A stretch of DNA of 64,000 nt from an uncultured Chloroflexia bacterium (GTDB taxonomy: Bacteria; Chloroflexota; Limnocylindria; Limnocylindrales; CSP1-4). Positions within the stretch are counted from its first letter, which is position 1, and every line of letters starts with the position of its first letter. This document shows positions 55,560 to 64,000 of this stretch, one piece after another. Location of the stretch: the NCBI GenBank assembly GCA_963755285.1, contig CAVWJB010000001.1, positions 167,333 to 231,332 of the forward strand. The letters run 5' to 3'. The position numbers were made by a program, and so were the translations under genes. Below the pieces are notes generated by a model. It was not told where the DNA came from. It saw only the letters and a list, made by a program, of their open reading frames with translations, and did not search any database.

Positions 55560-57266
55560 CTAGAACAGGCCGACGATGTTCCCTTCGCCATCGATGTCGA
55601 TGTTCTCTCCGCCCGGCTTCGACGGCAGCCCCGGCATCGTCCGCATCTCGCCGCACAGCGGGGTGATGAACCCGGCCCCGGCCGACAGCCGCACCTCGCG
55701 GATCGGCAGGGTGAACCCGGTCGGCCGGCCCTTGAGCGTCGCGTCGTGGCTCAGCGAGTACTGGGTCTTCGCCATGCACACCGGCAGGTGCCCGAAGCCG
55801 AGCTCCTCGTAGAGCTTGAGCGCCTTCGTGGCGGCCGGCTGGTACTCGACCCCGGACGCACCGTAGATCCGGGTGGCGATCGCCTCGATCTTGGCCTGCA
55901 GCGGCGCGTCGTCCGGGTAGAGGAGCTGGAAGTCGGGGGCGCCCTCCTCGGCTGCGGCCCAGACCGCCCCGGCCAGTGCCTCGGCGCCTCGGCCGCCGTC
56001 GGCCCAGTGGGTCGTCACGACGGCGTCGCGGGCACCGGCCGCCCGGGCGACCTCCTGGATCGCCGCGACCTCGGCCGGCGTGTCGGTGGGGAACGCGTTG
56101 ATCGCCACGACCGCCGGGACGTTGTACACGCCGATGTTCTCGATCTGCTTGGCCAGGTTCTGGGCGCCGCGCCGAACCGCGTCGACGTTCTCCTCGCCGA
56201 GCGCCGGGTCGAGCGGCTTGCCGGCGACGATCCGGCCGACCCCGCCGTGCATCTTCAGGGCCCGAATCGTGGCGACGATCACGGCGGCATCCGGGCGCAG
56301 TCCGGACGCTCGGCACTTGATGTCGAAGAACTTCTCGGCGCCCATGTCCGCCCCGAACCCGGCCTCGGTGCAGACCGCCTCGTTGGTGGCCAGCGCCAGG
56401 CGATCGGCCAGGATCGAGTTGTTGCCGTGGGCGATGTTGGCGAACGGCCCGCAATGGACGAACGCCGGGCCACCCTCGAGCGTCTGGAGGAGGTTCGGCT
56501 TGATCGCGTCGACGAGCAGCGCGGTCATCGACCCGGCGACCTTGAGGTCGTCCGCGGTCACCGGCCTGCCGTCGACGGTCTGGGCCAGGACGATCCGGCC
56601 GAGCCGAACGCGGAGGTCGGGCAGGTCCCGGGCGAGGGCGAGGATCGCCATGACCTCGCTGGCCACGGTGATGACCGTCTCGGTCTCCCGGGGCACGCCG
56701 TTCTCGCGACCCCCGAGTCCGATGACCATCCTCCGGAGCGCCCGGTCGCTGATGTCGACCACGCGGGGCCAGGCAATCGAGAACGGGTCGATGCCGAGCG
56801 GGTTCCTGTGATGGAGGCTGTTGTCGATGAAGGCAGCGGCGAGGTTGTGGGCCGCACCGATCGCGTGGACGTCGCCCGTGAGGTGGAGGTTGAAGTCCTC
56901 CATCGGGATCACCTGGCTGTAGCCACCGCCGGCGGCACCGCCCTTGATCCCGAAGACGGGTCCGAGCGACGGCTGGCGGATCGCGACGGCGGCCCGCCTG
57001 CCGATCCGATTGAGGCCCTGGGCGAGACCGACCGTGGTCGTCGTCTTGCCCTCTCCGAGGGGAGTCGGTGTGATCGCGCTGACGAGGATGTACTTGCCGC
57101 GCGGGTTGGCCGCTTCGAGCCGCTCGATCGCCTTGAGGCTGACCTTTGCCTTGACCGGTCCGTACAGCTCGATCTCGTCCTCGCGGAGACCCAGGTCGGC
57201 CGCCACGTCGACGATCCGGCGTGGAGTGACCGAGCGGGCGATGTCGAGATCGGACGGGACGCTCAT
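55560..57266 (-). CDS. fhs: formate--tetrahydrofolate ligase
   Basis: ITPTPLGEGKTTTTVGL P-loop in an intact 568-aa ORF. Confidence 0.96.
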   Translation of the reverse strand: MSVPSDLDIARSVTPRRIVDVAADLGLREDEIELYGPVKAKVSLKAIERLEAANPRGKYILVSAITPTPLGEGKTTTTVGLAQGLNRIGRRAAVAIRQPSLGPVFGIKGGAAGGGYSQVIPMEDFNLHLTGDVHAIGAAHNLAAAFIDNSLHHRNPLGIDPFSIAWPRVVDISDRALRRMVIGLGGRENGVPRETETVITVASEVMAILALARDLPDLRVRLGRIVLAQTVDGRPVTADDLKVAGSMTALLVDAIKPNLLQTLEGGPAFVHCGPFANIAHGNNSILADRLALATNEAVCTEAGFGADMGAEKFFDIKCRASGLRPDAAVIVATIRALKMHGGVGRIVAGKPLDPALGEENVDAVRRGAQNLAKQIENIGVYNVPAVVAINAFPTDTPAEVAAIQEVARAAGARDAVVTTHWADGGRGAEALAGAVWAAAEEGAPDFQLLYPDDAPLQAKIEAIATRIYGASGVEYQPAATKALKLYEELGFGHLPVCMAKTQYSLSHDATLKGRPTGFTLPIREVRLSAGAGFITPLCGEMRTMPGLPSKPGGENIDIDGEGNIVGLF

Positions 57267-58165
57267 GCGGATGGACTCCCAGGCTTCACGACGTCGGGTT
57301 GCCGGACGGCTGCGCGGACAAGATGGGTGAGCAGGAGCGCGTTCGTGACCGGTCCCACGCCGCCCGGCACCGGGGTGATCGCCCCGGCGACCCGGCTGGC
57401 GCTGTCGAAGTCCACGTCGCCGACGATCGTGTCGCCGACGACGTTGATCCCGACGTCGACGACGACGACCCCGGGCCGGAGCATCGCCCCCGTGATCAGA
57501 CCGGGCCGACCGGCGGCCACGATCAGGATCTCGGCTCGTCCGACGTGCCCCGCGAGATCGAGCGTTCGCGAGTGGCAGACCGTCACCGTGGCGTGCTCCC
57601 TGACGAGCATGAATGCGACCGGCATGCCGACGACGTTCGACCGCCCGACGACGACGGCGTCGCGGCCCTCGATCGGGATGTCGTACCGGTGGAGGATCTC
57701 GATCGCGGCGTGGGCGGTGGCCGGCAGGAAGCCTTCGAAGCCGAGCCGGAGCAGCCCGGCGTTGAGCGGATGGATGCCGTCGATGTCCTTGGCCGGGTCG
57801 ATCGCGTCGATGATGGCCCGAAGGCGGACGCTCGGCGGAAGCGGCATCTGGACGATGATCCCGGCGACGAGCGGGTCGTCGTTGAGCTCCCGGATCGCGC
57901 CGGTCACGGCGGCCTCGAGGTCGACCCGATCCGAGCCGTCGCTCTCGATCTCGACGAGCCGGCCACCGATCCCGGCTGCCTCGCAGCTGCGCATGATCTG
58001 ACGCAGGTAGACGGCCGACGGAGCGTCCCGACCGACGAGCACGATGGCCAGGGTCGGAGCGTAGCCCCGGCGTTCGACGAACGAGGCGATGTCGTCGCGG
58101 ACCGACGCGCGGATCTCCGCGGCGATCGGTGCGCCGAGCAGGAGTCGCGCCTGGCCGTCAGCCAC
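57263..58165 (-). CDS. folD: bifunctional methylene-THF dehydrogenase / methenyl-THF cyclohydrolase
   Basis: PTLAIVLVG..YLRQI..VGRSNVVGMPVAFML..PVPGGVGPVT. Confidence 0.95.
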   Translation of the reverse strand: MADGQARLLLGAPIAAEIRASVRDDIASFVERRGYAPTLAIVLVGRDAPSAVYLRQIMRSCEAAGIGGRLVEIESDGSDRVDLEAAVTGAIRELNDDPLVAGIIVQMPLPPSVRLRAIIDAIDPAKDIDGIHPLNAGLLRLGFEGFLPATAHAAIEILHRYDIPIEGRDAVVVGRSNVVGMPVAFMLVREHATVTVCHSRTLDLAGHVGRAEILIVAAGRPGLITGAMLRPGVVVVDVGINVVGDTIVGDVDFDSASRVAGAITPVPGGVGPVTNALLLTHLVRAAVRQPDVVKPGSPSA

Positions 58166-58168
58166 CGG

Positions 58169-58861
58169 TCAGGCGTTCGACACGATGAGCGGGCCGCGCG
58201 CCTCGCCCGATGCGACGACCGCCTGGGTCACCGCGGCGAGGGCCGCGATCTCGGTCAGGAGCGCTTCGACCCTCGTCGTGGCGGCGTCGGCAAACGCGTC
58301 GTCGGCGACCGAGGGCAGGTTGACGAGAACGTTGGCGGCGGCTCCCCGGGCCGCGGCTTCGCCGAGGAGCGTCGCGACTGCCAGGTCGCTCGAGGCGTTC
58401 GCATTGCTCCGCCCGGCCAGCAGCTCCGCGGCGGCGACGAGCTCGCGACAGGCCTCCACGCAGGACAGCGGCACTTCTGCGGCGATCCGCGCGGCGGCCC
58501 TCAGCGCGGACGTCCGGACCAGTCGCTCGTCGTCGGTCGCCTTGGGAAGCTTGAGGGCGGCGGCGAAGCCCGCGTAGGCGTCGGCGTCGCGGTCCGCGAG
58601 CGCGAGAAACCGATCGGCGAGCTCTCGCCCGCGCGCGCCCGCGGCCGCGTGAACCGCCTCGTGCTCCGCATACTTCGGCCGTCCGGTCGACAGGGCGGCG
58701 ACCATGGCGACGAGGCCTGCCCCGAGCGCGGCCGCCACCGCTGACGCACTGCCACCGCCCGGAACCGGCTCGGCGGACGCGAGGCGGTCGACGAAGGCGC
58801 CGACGGTGAGGTCGCGGAATCGTTGCGCGTCGGTCTCCACCGCCCGATTGTAGGGTGCCAA
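58169..58861 (-). CDS. formimidoyl-THF cyclodeaminase / cyclohydrolase family protein
   Basis: FVDRLASAEPVPGGGSASAVAAALGAGLVAMVAALS. TTG start at 58861. The stop is 3 nt before folD. Confidence 0.85.
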   Translation of the reverse strand: MAPYNRAVETDAQRFRDLTVGAFVDRLASAEPVPGGGSASAVAAALGAGLVAMVAALSTGRPKYAEHEAVHAAAGARGRELADRFLALADRDADAYAGFAAALKLPKATDDERLVRTSALRAAARIAAEVPLSCVEACRELVAAAELLAGRSNANASSDLAVATLLGEAAARGAAANVLVNLPSVADDAFADAATTRVEALLTEIAALAAVTQAVVASGEARGPLIVSNA

Positions 58862-58993
58862 CCCGATGGGCCGCGGGACGCTCCCGCCGGACGAGCGCGG
58901 TACCGGCGCACCCGTCCGGCGAGGGTCCCCGCCAGGGTCGACGTTGGGAGGATCGACGACCCCGGCTCGGTCGAGGCTTGTTGAGTCGACGAG

Positions 58994-59266
58994 TCAGGCG
59001 GCCAGGCGGTCCTCGTCGTCGAGACCCTCGATCGTCCAGCGCCGGGAACGGTGCTGGAAGGTCAGGGCGACCCGTGCCCGGGGCGTCCAGACCTCGAACA
59101 TCGTCCTCGGCCCGATCGCAACCGGGTAGGCCGAGGCCTCGTGCCTGACGGCGGCCACCGAGGTGACGGCGAGACGCTCACCACCCCAGGTGATCTCGCG
59201 TGGGCGCCCGTCGAACCAGTCGGTCCGGACGCGCACCGTGGTCGGTTCCATTCTGGTCATCGCCAT
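58994..59266 (-). CDS. hypothetical 90-aa protein under a LexA-type promoter
   Basis: MAMTRMEPTTVRVRTDWFDGRPREITWGGERLAVTSVAAVRHEASAYPVAIGPRTMFEVWTPRARVALTFQHRSRRWTIEGLDDEDRLAA. AAGGAG lies 9 nt before ATG 59266. The longer track ORF (TTG 59377) would start inside the promoter. Confidence 0.65.
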   Translation of the reverse strand: MAMTRMEPTTVRVRTDWFDGRPREITWGGERLAVTSVAAVRHEASAYPVAIGPRTMFEVWTPRARVALTFQHRSRRWTIEGLDDEDRLAA

Positions 59267-59321
59267 CCTGTCGGCTCCTTCTTCGGCAGCGACTTCGTCG
59301 TCAACCGGGGCACCTCGGCGA

Positions 59322-59337
59322 CAGAACGTCTGTTCAC
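59322..59337 (-). promoter_or_regulatory. LexA/SOS box 2: GTGAACAGACGTTCTG
   Basis: Perfect GAAC-N4-GTTC core on the minus strand (plus-strand gaac at 59324-59327, gttc at 59332-59335). Confidence 0.7.
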
Positions 59338-59347
59338 TTCTGGCTCG

Positions 59348-59377
59348 ACAGTAGACCGAACACCTGTTCGATGTCAA
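59348..59377 (-). promoter_or_regulatory. promoter TTGACA-N18-TACTGT with LexA/SOS box 1 (TCGAACAGGTGTTCGG, 59371-59356) filling the spacer
   Basis: Read on the minus strand: TTGACA at 59377-59372 and TACTGT at 59353-59348. The box differs from TCGAAC-N4-GTTCGA only at its last base. Confidence 0.7.
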
Positions 59378-59468
59378 GCCCTCGGGCGAAGATTCGCCGG
59401 CACCTGTGACAGGTCGGGTGTCACGCGTCGTTGCGTGCCGAATGGCGCTGCCCGGAAGCGCTCCGGAC

Positions 59469-60758
59469 TCAGCCTGGGTCGTCGTCGGTCGCCGGCTCGG
59501 AGTCGCGCATCCCGGTCCGGCGCTCGAGCGGTTTCATCGGATCTCGCTCGAACGGCGCCGGGAGATCCGCTCCGAGCAGCCGCGCCCTGGTCACCGCCCG
59601 ATCCCCGTAGCGGCGCCGAATTGCGTCGGCCGCCTGGGTGACCCGCCGGCGGCGGTCGCTCGCCCCGGCCACGCTCGGCGTGGCATCCGGACCTTCGGAG
59701 CTCTCGAACAGGCCGAGCTGCTGCGGGTCGCCGAAATGGCTGGCCGTGACGCCGAGAAGACGCACCTTGAGGCCGCGGACCTCGGGCCGGGCAAGCTCGA
59801 GTGCCACCCGCCAGATCGGCTCGGCGAGGTCGGTCGGATCGGCCAGGGTGCGCTGCCGGGTGATCGTCCGAAAGGTCGAGTCGCGGATCTTGACGTGGAT
59901 CGTGCCCGCCTTGAGCCCGGCCGAGCGCAGCCGCGAGGCGACCCCGTCGGACATCGCCAGCAGGGTTCGCTCGATCGCGTCCGGATCGGACGTGTCGACA
60001 TCGAACGTGTGCTCGTGGCCGATCGACTTGGCCGGGTCCGCGTCGCCCACCGGATCGGCGTCGAGCCCTCTGGCCCGGGCGGCCAGCGAGGCCCCGTGCT
60101 TCCCGAACCGCCGGGCGAGCAGGTCCTCGGGGAGCGCGGCCAGGTCGCCGATCGTGACGACCCCGAACTCGCCGAGAGCGGCCGCCGTCTTCGCCCCGAC
60201 ACCCCACAACCTGGAGATCGGCAGCGGCGCCAGGAACTCGGCCTCGTGCCCCGGCTGCACGACGACCAGGCCGTCGGGCTTGCGCAGCTCGGACGCCACC
60301 TTGGCCACGAGCTTGGACGGCGCCACCCCGACCGACGCCGTCAGCCCGACCTCGGCGACGATCGCGGCCTTGATCGACGTCGCAATCGCCGGACCGTCGC
60401 CGAACAGCGCCCGCGACCCGGTCACGTCGAGGAACGCCTCGTCGATCGAGATCGGCTCGACCAGCGGGGTGAACCGGCGCAGGATCGTCATGACCTCGCG
60501 GCTGACCCGCTGGTACTTGCGCCCATCGACGGGCAGGAACACGCCCTCCGGGCAGAGTGCGTAGGCAGTCCGGAGCGGCATCGCCGAGTGGACCCCGTAC
60601 CGACGCGCCTCGTAGGAGGCGGCGCTGACGACGCCCCTCGCCGTGGGTGCACCGCCCCCGACGATCACCGGCTTGCCGCGCAGCTCGGGTCGGTCGCGCT
60701 GCTCGACGGCCGCGAAGAACGCGTCGAGGTCGACGTGGAGGATGGTCGGAGCGGTCAC
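59469..60758 (-). CDS. dinB: DNA polymerase IV (Y-family)
   Basis: ILHVDLDAFFAAVE and SIDEAFLD are catalytic acidic motifs. QLGLF is a beta-clamp motif in the C-terminal tail. Confidence 0.95.
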   Translation of the reverse strand: MTAPTILHVDLDAFFAAVEQRDRPELRGKPVIVGGGAPTARGVVSAASYEARRYGVHSAMPLRTAYALCPEGVFLPVDGRKYQRVSREVMTILRRFTPLVEPISIDEAFLDVTGSRALFGDGPAIATSIKAAIVAEVGLTASVGVAPSKLVAKVASELRKPDGLVVVQPGHEAEFLAPLPISRLWGVGAKTAAALGEFGVVTIGDLAALPEDLLARRFGKHGASLAARARGLDADPVGDADPAKSIGHEHTFDVDTSDPDAIERTLLAMSDGVASRLRSAGLKAGTIHVKIRDSTFRTITRQRTLADPTDLAEPIWRVALELARPEVRGLKVRLLGVTASHFGDPQQLGLFESSEGPDATPSVAGASDRRRRVTQAADAIRRRYGDRAVTRARLLGADLPAPFERDPMKPLERRTGMRDSEPATDDDPG

Positions 60759-61990
60759 GCGACGTAGGAACCCCCGATGAACGAGGCCATGAGCAGTGCC
60801 AGGAGCATGACCGAGGCGACGGCCCAGCCGAACCGGAGCCAGCGCCCCGGGACGAGCGCCAGGATGACGAACACCGGGAAGATCACGAGCAGATAGCGCG
60901 CGGTCGAGGTCAACGGGATCGGCTGGATCCGGGTCCCGATCAGGATGAGCTGGGGGAGCGCGTAGAGCGAGTAGGAGATCGGGACGCGGCGCAACCCGAG
61001 CACCGTCACGAACACGAACAGGACGAGCGTGATGAGGTTGAGTGCCTGAAGCGGGTCATGGTGGTCGACCGCCCATTGCCACGATGCGTCGACGACTTCC
61101 CACGGGAGGTGGAAGCTCTTGCCGCCCCACAGCTCCTGCGTGTCGAGCGGGGTCTGCCCGGCAACCGTCGCAGAGAAGCCAAGGAACGCGACGAACCCGA
61201 TCGCCGGGGCGAGGGCGGCGATGGCCGGCCAGACCAGCGTGCCTGCAGGCAGTCTCGGGCCGGCCCGTCCGAGGCCGTGCTCGCGCCAGTAGACGATCGC
61301 CTCCCAACCGAGCGGGAGGACCAGGAACACGCCCTGGATCCTGGTCAGCGCGGCGAGCAGGCCGGCGATCGCCGCGACCGCCCACAGCCGCCGTCGAGCG
61401 CCGAGGACCGCCCAGACCGCCGCCGCCAGGAACAGCGACTCGGTGAACGGGGCGAAGAAGAAGAACGCCGTCGGGAAGATCGAGATCGCAATGACCGTGG
61501 CCAGACCAACCTCGTCGTCGAAGTCGAGCGCGACAAGGCGCCGGAGCCCGGTCATCGCGGCGACGTAGGCCAGACCCGCGACGACGAGGCCGCCGAGCGC
61601 CATCGCCCCGAACAGCAACCGTCCGACCAGCCCGGTGAGGAGCGGGAACAGCGGCCAGAAGTTGACGCTGTTCTCGGCGCGCTCGTAGCCGAACGTCGCG
61701 ATCTTCGTGTACCAGCAGGCGTCCCAGCGCTGCCAGACCCCGACCAGCGGGAACGCCGGACCCTGGTCGGCCAGCGGCGGGATCGTCTGCCAGCCGTTGC
61801 GGGCGAGCTCGAAGTGACAGGGCCCGGGCAGGGTTCCCTGCCACCAGAGGTAGATCGCGAACAGGCCGAAGATCAATCGGAGCGAAACGAACAGGCCGAG
61901 CGCATCGCGAACCGCCTGTCCGAACCCGTCCCCGAAGATGGCCCGGGCTCCGCCCGCCCCGTCCGGCGCGAGCGGACCGTCCTCGTCCAT
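60755..61990 (-). CDS. polytopic GT-C-like membrane glycosyltransferase (PIG-V / mannosyltransferase-like)
   Basis: Start at ATG 61990 (MDEDGPL). WDACWYTKIATFGYE..NFWPLFPLL..FFFFAPFTESLF. The stop overlaps the dinB ATG as ATGA. Confidence 0.7.
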   Translation of the reverse strand: MDEDGPLAPDGAGGARAIFGDGFGQAVRDALGLFVSLRLIFGLFAIYLWWQGTLPGPCHFELARNGWQTIPPLADQGPAFPLVGVWQRWDACWYTKIATFGYERAENSVNFWPLFPLLTGLVGRLLFGAMALGGLVVAGLAYVAAMTGLRRLVALDFDDEVGLATVIAISIFPTAFFFFAPFTESLFLAAAVWAVLGARRRLWAVAAIAGLLAALTRIQGVFLVLPLGWEAIVYWREHGLGRAGPRLPAGTLVWPAIAALAPAIGFVAFLGFSATVAGQTPLDTQELWGGKSFHLPWEVVDASWQWAVDHHDPLQALNLITLVLFVFVTVLGLRRVPISYSLYALPQLILIGTRIQPIPLTSTARYLLVIFPVFVILALVPGRWLRFGWAVASVMLLALLMASFIGGSYVA

Positions 61991-62015
61991 GGCCCGAGAG
62001 TGTATCGTCGGGCCG

Positions 62016-63314
62016 ATGGCCCACCTCGACGAGACGCTGGCGCGCCGCGGGTCGTCGCCGCTGGCTCGAGTCGTCGACTGGTACGCCGACACCCGCCTCG
62101 CCCTCCTGGTCGATACGGTCCGGGGCCGGCCCGACACGCTCGGGACGCTGGTGGTCGTCGCGGTCACGATCGCGATCTACCTGTTCACAGCCTCACGCGA
62201 CCGTCAGAACCTCGACTACTTCGTCCGCCTCGCCGACGCGTTCCTCCACGGCCGGATCTACCTGACCGAGGCCCCGTCCTGGCTCAACGAGCTGATCCCC
62301 AGGGACGGGGTCTGGTACGTCGCCTACCCGCCGTTCCCGGCCGTCGTCCTCGTCCCGTTCGTGGCGATCTTCGGACCGGACTTCCCGCCCCAGATCGCGA
62401 GCTGTGTCGTGGGCGGGATCGGTGTCGGGCTCGCCTGGCTCGTCTTCGGACGGTTCGAGCTGACCGGCCGGGTCCGGCTCGGGCTGACTGCCGTGTTCGG
62501 GTTCGGGACCGTCCTGTGGTACGTCGCCGAGGTCGGGTCCGTCTGGTACTTCAGCCACGTCGTGGCGGTCATGCTGAGCATGGCGGCGATCCTGCTCGTC
62601 CTCGAGAAGCGCGCGCCGTTCGTCGTCGGGCTGCTGCTCGGGTGCGCGGCAATCTCACGCCTGCCGGTCGGCCTGACCGCACCGTTCTTCCTGGCCCTGA
62701 TCGTCGGGATCGGCTGGCCACCACGGCTCCCGGCGCCGGGCGAGCGATCGGCGGCGATCGGCCGGGGGATCGCGTTCCTCGTCGGGATCGGCATCCCGAC
62801 CGTCGTCTATCTCGCCTACAACTTCGCCCGGTGGGGGACGATCGTCGACCAGAGCTACGTGCTCATTCCGGGCGTCCTCGATGACCCTGTCTATGCGAAG
62901 CACGGGATCCTCGCCCTCGAGTACATCCCGCGCCACTTCTATGCGATCTTCCTGCGCAGCTGGAACTTCGTCGACGACCCGCCGTTCATCCAGCCGTCGT
63001 GGTGGGGGCTGTCGGTGTTCCTGACGACGCCGCTCTACCTGTGGCTGTTCAAGGCGCGCCTGCGCGATCCGCGGGTCGTCTGGGCGGCAATCGCATGCGC
63101 GCTCGCCCTGATCCCGATCGTCACCCACGGCAACGTCGGGTTCACCCAGTTCGGGTACCGCTTCAGCCTCGACGTCCAGCCGCTGCTGTTCGTCATCCTG
63201 GCGACCGTGTTCGCGCGCGGCATGTCACGCTGGGCGTGGGCCGCCTCGGCCGTGTCGATCGCGGTCTGCGCCTATGGGATCTGGGCGATCGGGATCGGCT
63301 TCGTCGAGTTCTAG
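62016..63314 (+). CDS. polytopic GT-C-like membrane glycosyltransferase (ArnT/PMT-like)
   Basis: Start at ATG 62016 (MAHLDETL). About 11 helices, with YFVRLADAFLHGRIYL..WYVAYPPFPAVVLVPF. Confidence 0.7.
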   Translation: MAHLDETLARRGSSPLARVVDWYADTRLALLVDTVRGRPDTLGTLVVVAVTIAIYLFTASRDRQNLDYFVRLADAFLHGRIYLTEAPSWLNELIPRDGVWYVAYPPFPAVVLVPFVAIFGPDFPPQIASCVVGGIGVGLAWLVFGRFELTGRVRLGLTAVFGFGTVLWYVAEVGSVWYFSHVVAVMLSMAAILLVLEKRAPFVVGLLLGCAAISRLPVGLTAPFFLALIVGIGWPPRLPAPGERSAAIGRGIAFLVGIGIPTVVYLAYNFARWGTIVDQSYVLIPGVLDDPVYAKHGILALEYIPRHFYAIFLRSWNFVDDPPFIQPSWWGLSVFLTTPLYLWLFKARLRDPRVVWAAIACALALIPIVTHGNVGFTQFGYRFSLDVQPLLFVILATVFARGMSRWAWAASAVSIAVCAYGIWAIGIGFVEF

Positions 63315-63757
63315 CCCTTGGGCTCGACGACGATCGTGACCTCGGGGGCCATCCCGGCGAAGACCTTGACCGCCACCTTGTAGGTGCCCAGGCTCTTGAG
63401 CGGCTCCTCGAGATCGACCTTGTGCCGATCGACGACGATCCCGCGCCGGCCGAGCGCATCGGCGATGTCCTTGGCGGTGATCGAGCCGTAGAGCTTGCCG
63501 CCGTCGCCGACCTTGACCCCCATCGTCAGCGTGGTCGAGCCGATCCGGGTCGCCGAGATCTCGGCTTCCTCGCGCTCGCGCCGACGCTTGTCCTCGCGGC
63601 TCGCCACGTCGTGCTGCCAGGCTCGGTAGGCGCCACCGACCGCCGGCACCGCGAGCTTCTGCGGGATGAGGAAGTTGCGCGCGTAACCGTCGCTGACGAC
63701 CTTCATCTCGCCGCTCTTGCCGAGCTTGTCCACATCGGCGGTCAGGATGACCTTCAC
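63311..63757 (-). CDS. rplI: 50S ribosomal protein L9
   Basis: MKVILTADVDKLGKSGEMKVVSDGYARNFLIPQKLA. Confidence 0.95.
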   Translation of the reverse strand: MKVILTADVDKLGKSGEMKVVSDGYARNFLIPQKLAVPAVGGAYRAWQHDVASREDKRRREREEAEISATRIGSTTLTMGVKVGDGGKLYGSITAKDIADALGRRGIVVDRHKVDLEEPLKSLGTYKVAVKVFAGMAPEVTIVVEPKG

Positions 63758-64000
63758 GCGACCGAACCCTCCTTGTTGATCCAGCCCCGAACCCGGGGCC
63801 CGAGACCGGACGAGCGAGCGGCCTCGGCGACGGCGTCGACCGCCGGTGGGATGCGCCTGACGAGCCGCCGAACGGGCGATGGGGTCATCCGCCGAATCTG
63901 GCCGAGATCGCGCTCGAAGGCGGCCCGCTCGATCCCCAGGTCGAGCAGCTTCTCGTCGAGGATCCCGGCCGGGATCCCGTCGAAGAACAGGTCCACGCCG
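63754..64000 (-). CDS. C-terminal end of an unidentified protein whose start lies beyond the right edge
   Basis: The open frame reaches the window edge (..FFDGIPAGILDEKLLDLGIERAAFERDLGQIRR..). The stop overlaps the rplI start. Confidence 0.4.
   Translation of the reverse strand, partial: GVDLFFDGIPAGILDEKLLDLGIERAAFERDLGQIRRMTPSPVRRLVRRIPPAVDAVAEAARSSGLGPRVRGWINKEGSVA

Noticed and set aside
55746-58001. 751-aa plus-strand ORF
   Set aside because: It is antisense to the intact fhs and folD genes.
58862-58993. Possible ZTP (pfl) or THF riboswitch upstream of the cyclodeaminase-folD-fhs operon
   Set aside because: The leader contains CUGGCG and two GC hairpins. I could not find the conserved 3' CCGCCUGGGC element or the expected pseudoknot partners. 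It is worth an Infernal scan, but the sequence does not support the call by eye.
59267-59377. Longer 127-aa version of the SOS-controlled ORF (TTG 59377)
   Set aside because: That TTG is the first three bases of the TTGACA -35 element, the extra codons cover both LexA boxes, and the strong AAGGAG RBS serves ATG 59266.
60647-62884. 745-aa plus-strand ORF
   Set aside because: It is antisense to, or out of frame with, the two membrane glycosyltransferase genes. Its Arg/Asp/Pro-rich composition is not protein-like.
1-64000. CRISPR arrays, transposases, integrases, prophage or toxin-antitoxin/defence cassettes
   Set aside because: I found no spaced direct-repeat array and no ORF with recombinase, RT, nuclease-helicase or typical TA features. 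The window reads as core chromosome.

Overview
This is a very GC-rich, gene-dense chromosomal segment. Its content looks Actinomycetota-like: a PASTA Ser/Thr kinase, an ECF42-type sigma factor with a YciI partner, stand-alone LigC/Prim-PolC-type repair genes, a response regulator/histidine kinase/HtrA module, and TCGAAC-N4-GTTCGA LexA boxes. I call about 66 protein-coding genes or gene remnants and one tRNA-Glu(UUC). I see no rRNA, CRISPR array, transposase, integrase or phage genes. Blocks from left to right: a MocR/PdxR regulator divergent from a small ORF plus a PNPOx-family gene; sugar-type oxidoreductases; a PAS-GGDEF cyclase; an M1 peptidase; ECF sigma/YciI; Prim-Pol and LigC; L25; two-component system/HtrA; folB-folP-folC; a broken pknB; galU; tRNA-Glu; a plus-strand run DUF3105-FAH-tdh-kbl-PHP-MBL-argS; a dispersed histidine-utilisation set (hutI + glutamate formimidoyltransferase, hutU, hutH, cyclodeaminase-folD-fhs); dinB; two GT-C-like membrane glycosyltransferases; rplI. 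Main second-look items: (1) A textbook LexA-repressed promoter with two GAAC-N4-GTTC boxes drives not dinB but an unrecognised 90-aa ORF just after it. (2) By hand translation, at least 19 single-base indels break 11 otherwise well-conserved genes. All lie between 22.4 and 49.7 kb, and six are in pknB. Assembly or consensus error is the simplest explanation, but this needs read-level confirmation. (3) A ~265-nt, comparatively AT-rich, structured leader with a terminator-like hairpin precedes an MBL-fold gene. (4) A TGTCGA-N17-CGTC ECF-type promoter sits in front of yciI-sigma. (5) There are several small or unrecognised ORFs (His-rich, Cys-rich, NPF-repeat). I cannot demonstrate a new multi-gene system here, so the novelty statements below are hypotheses.
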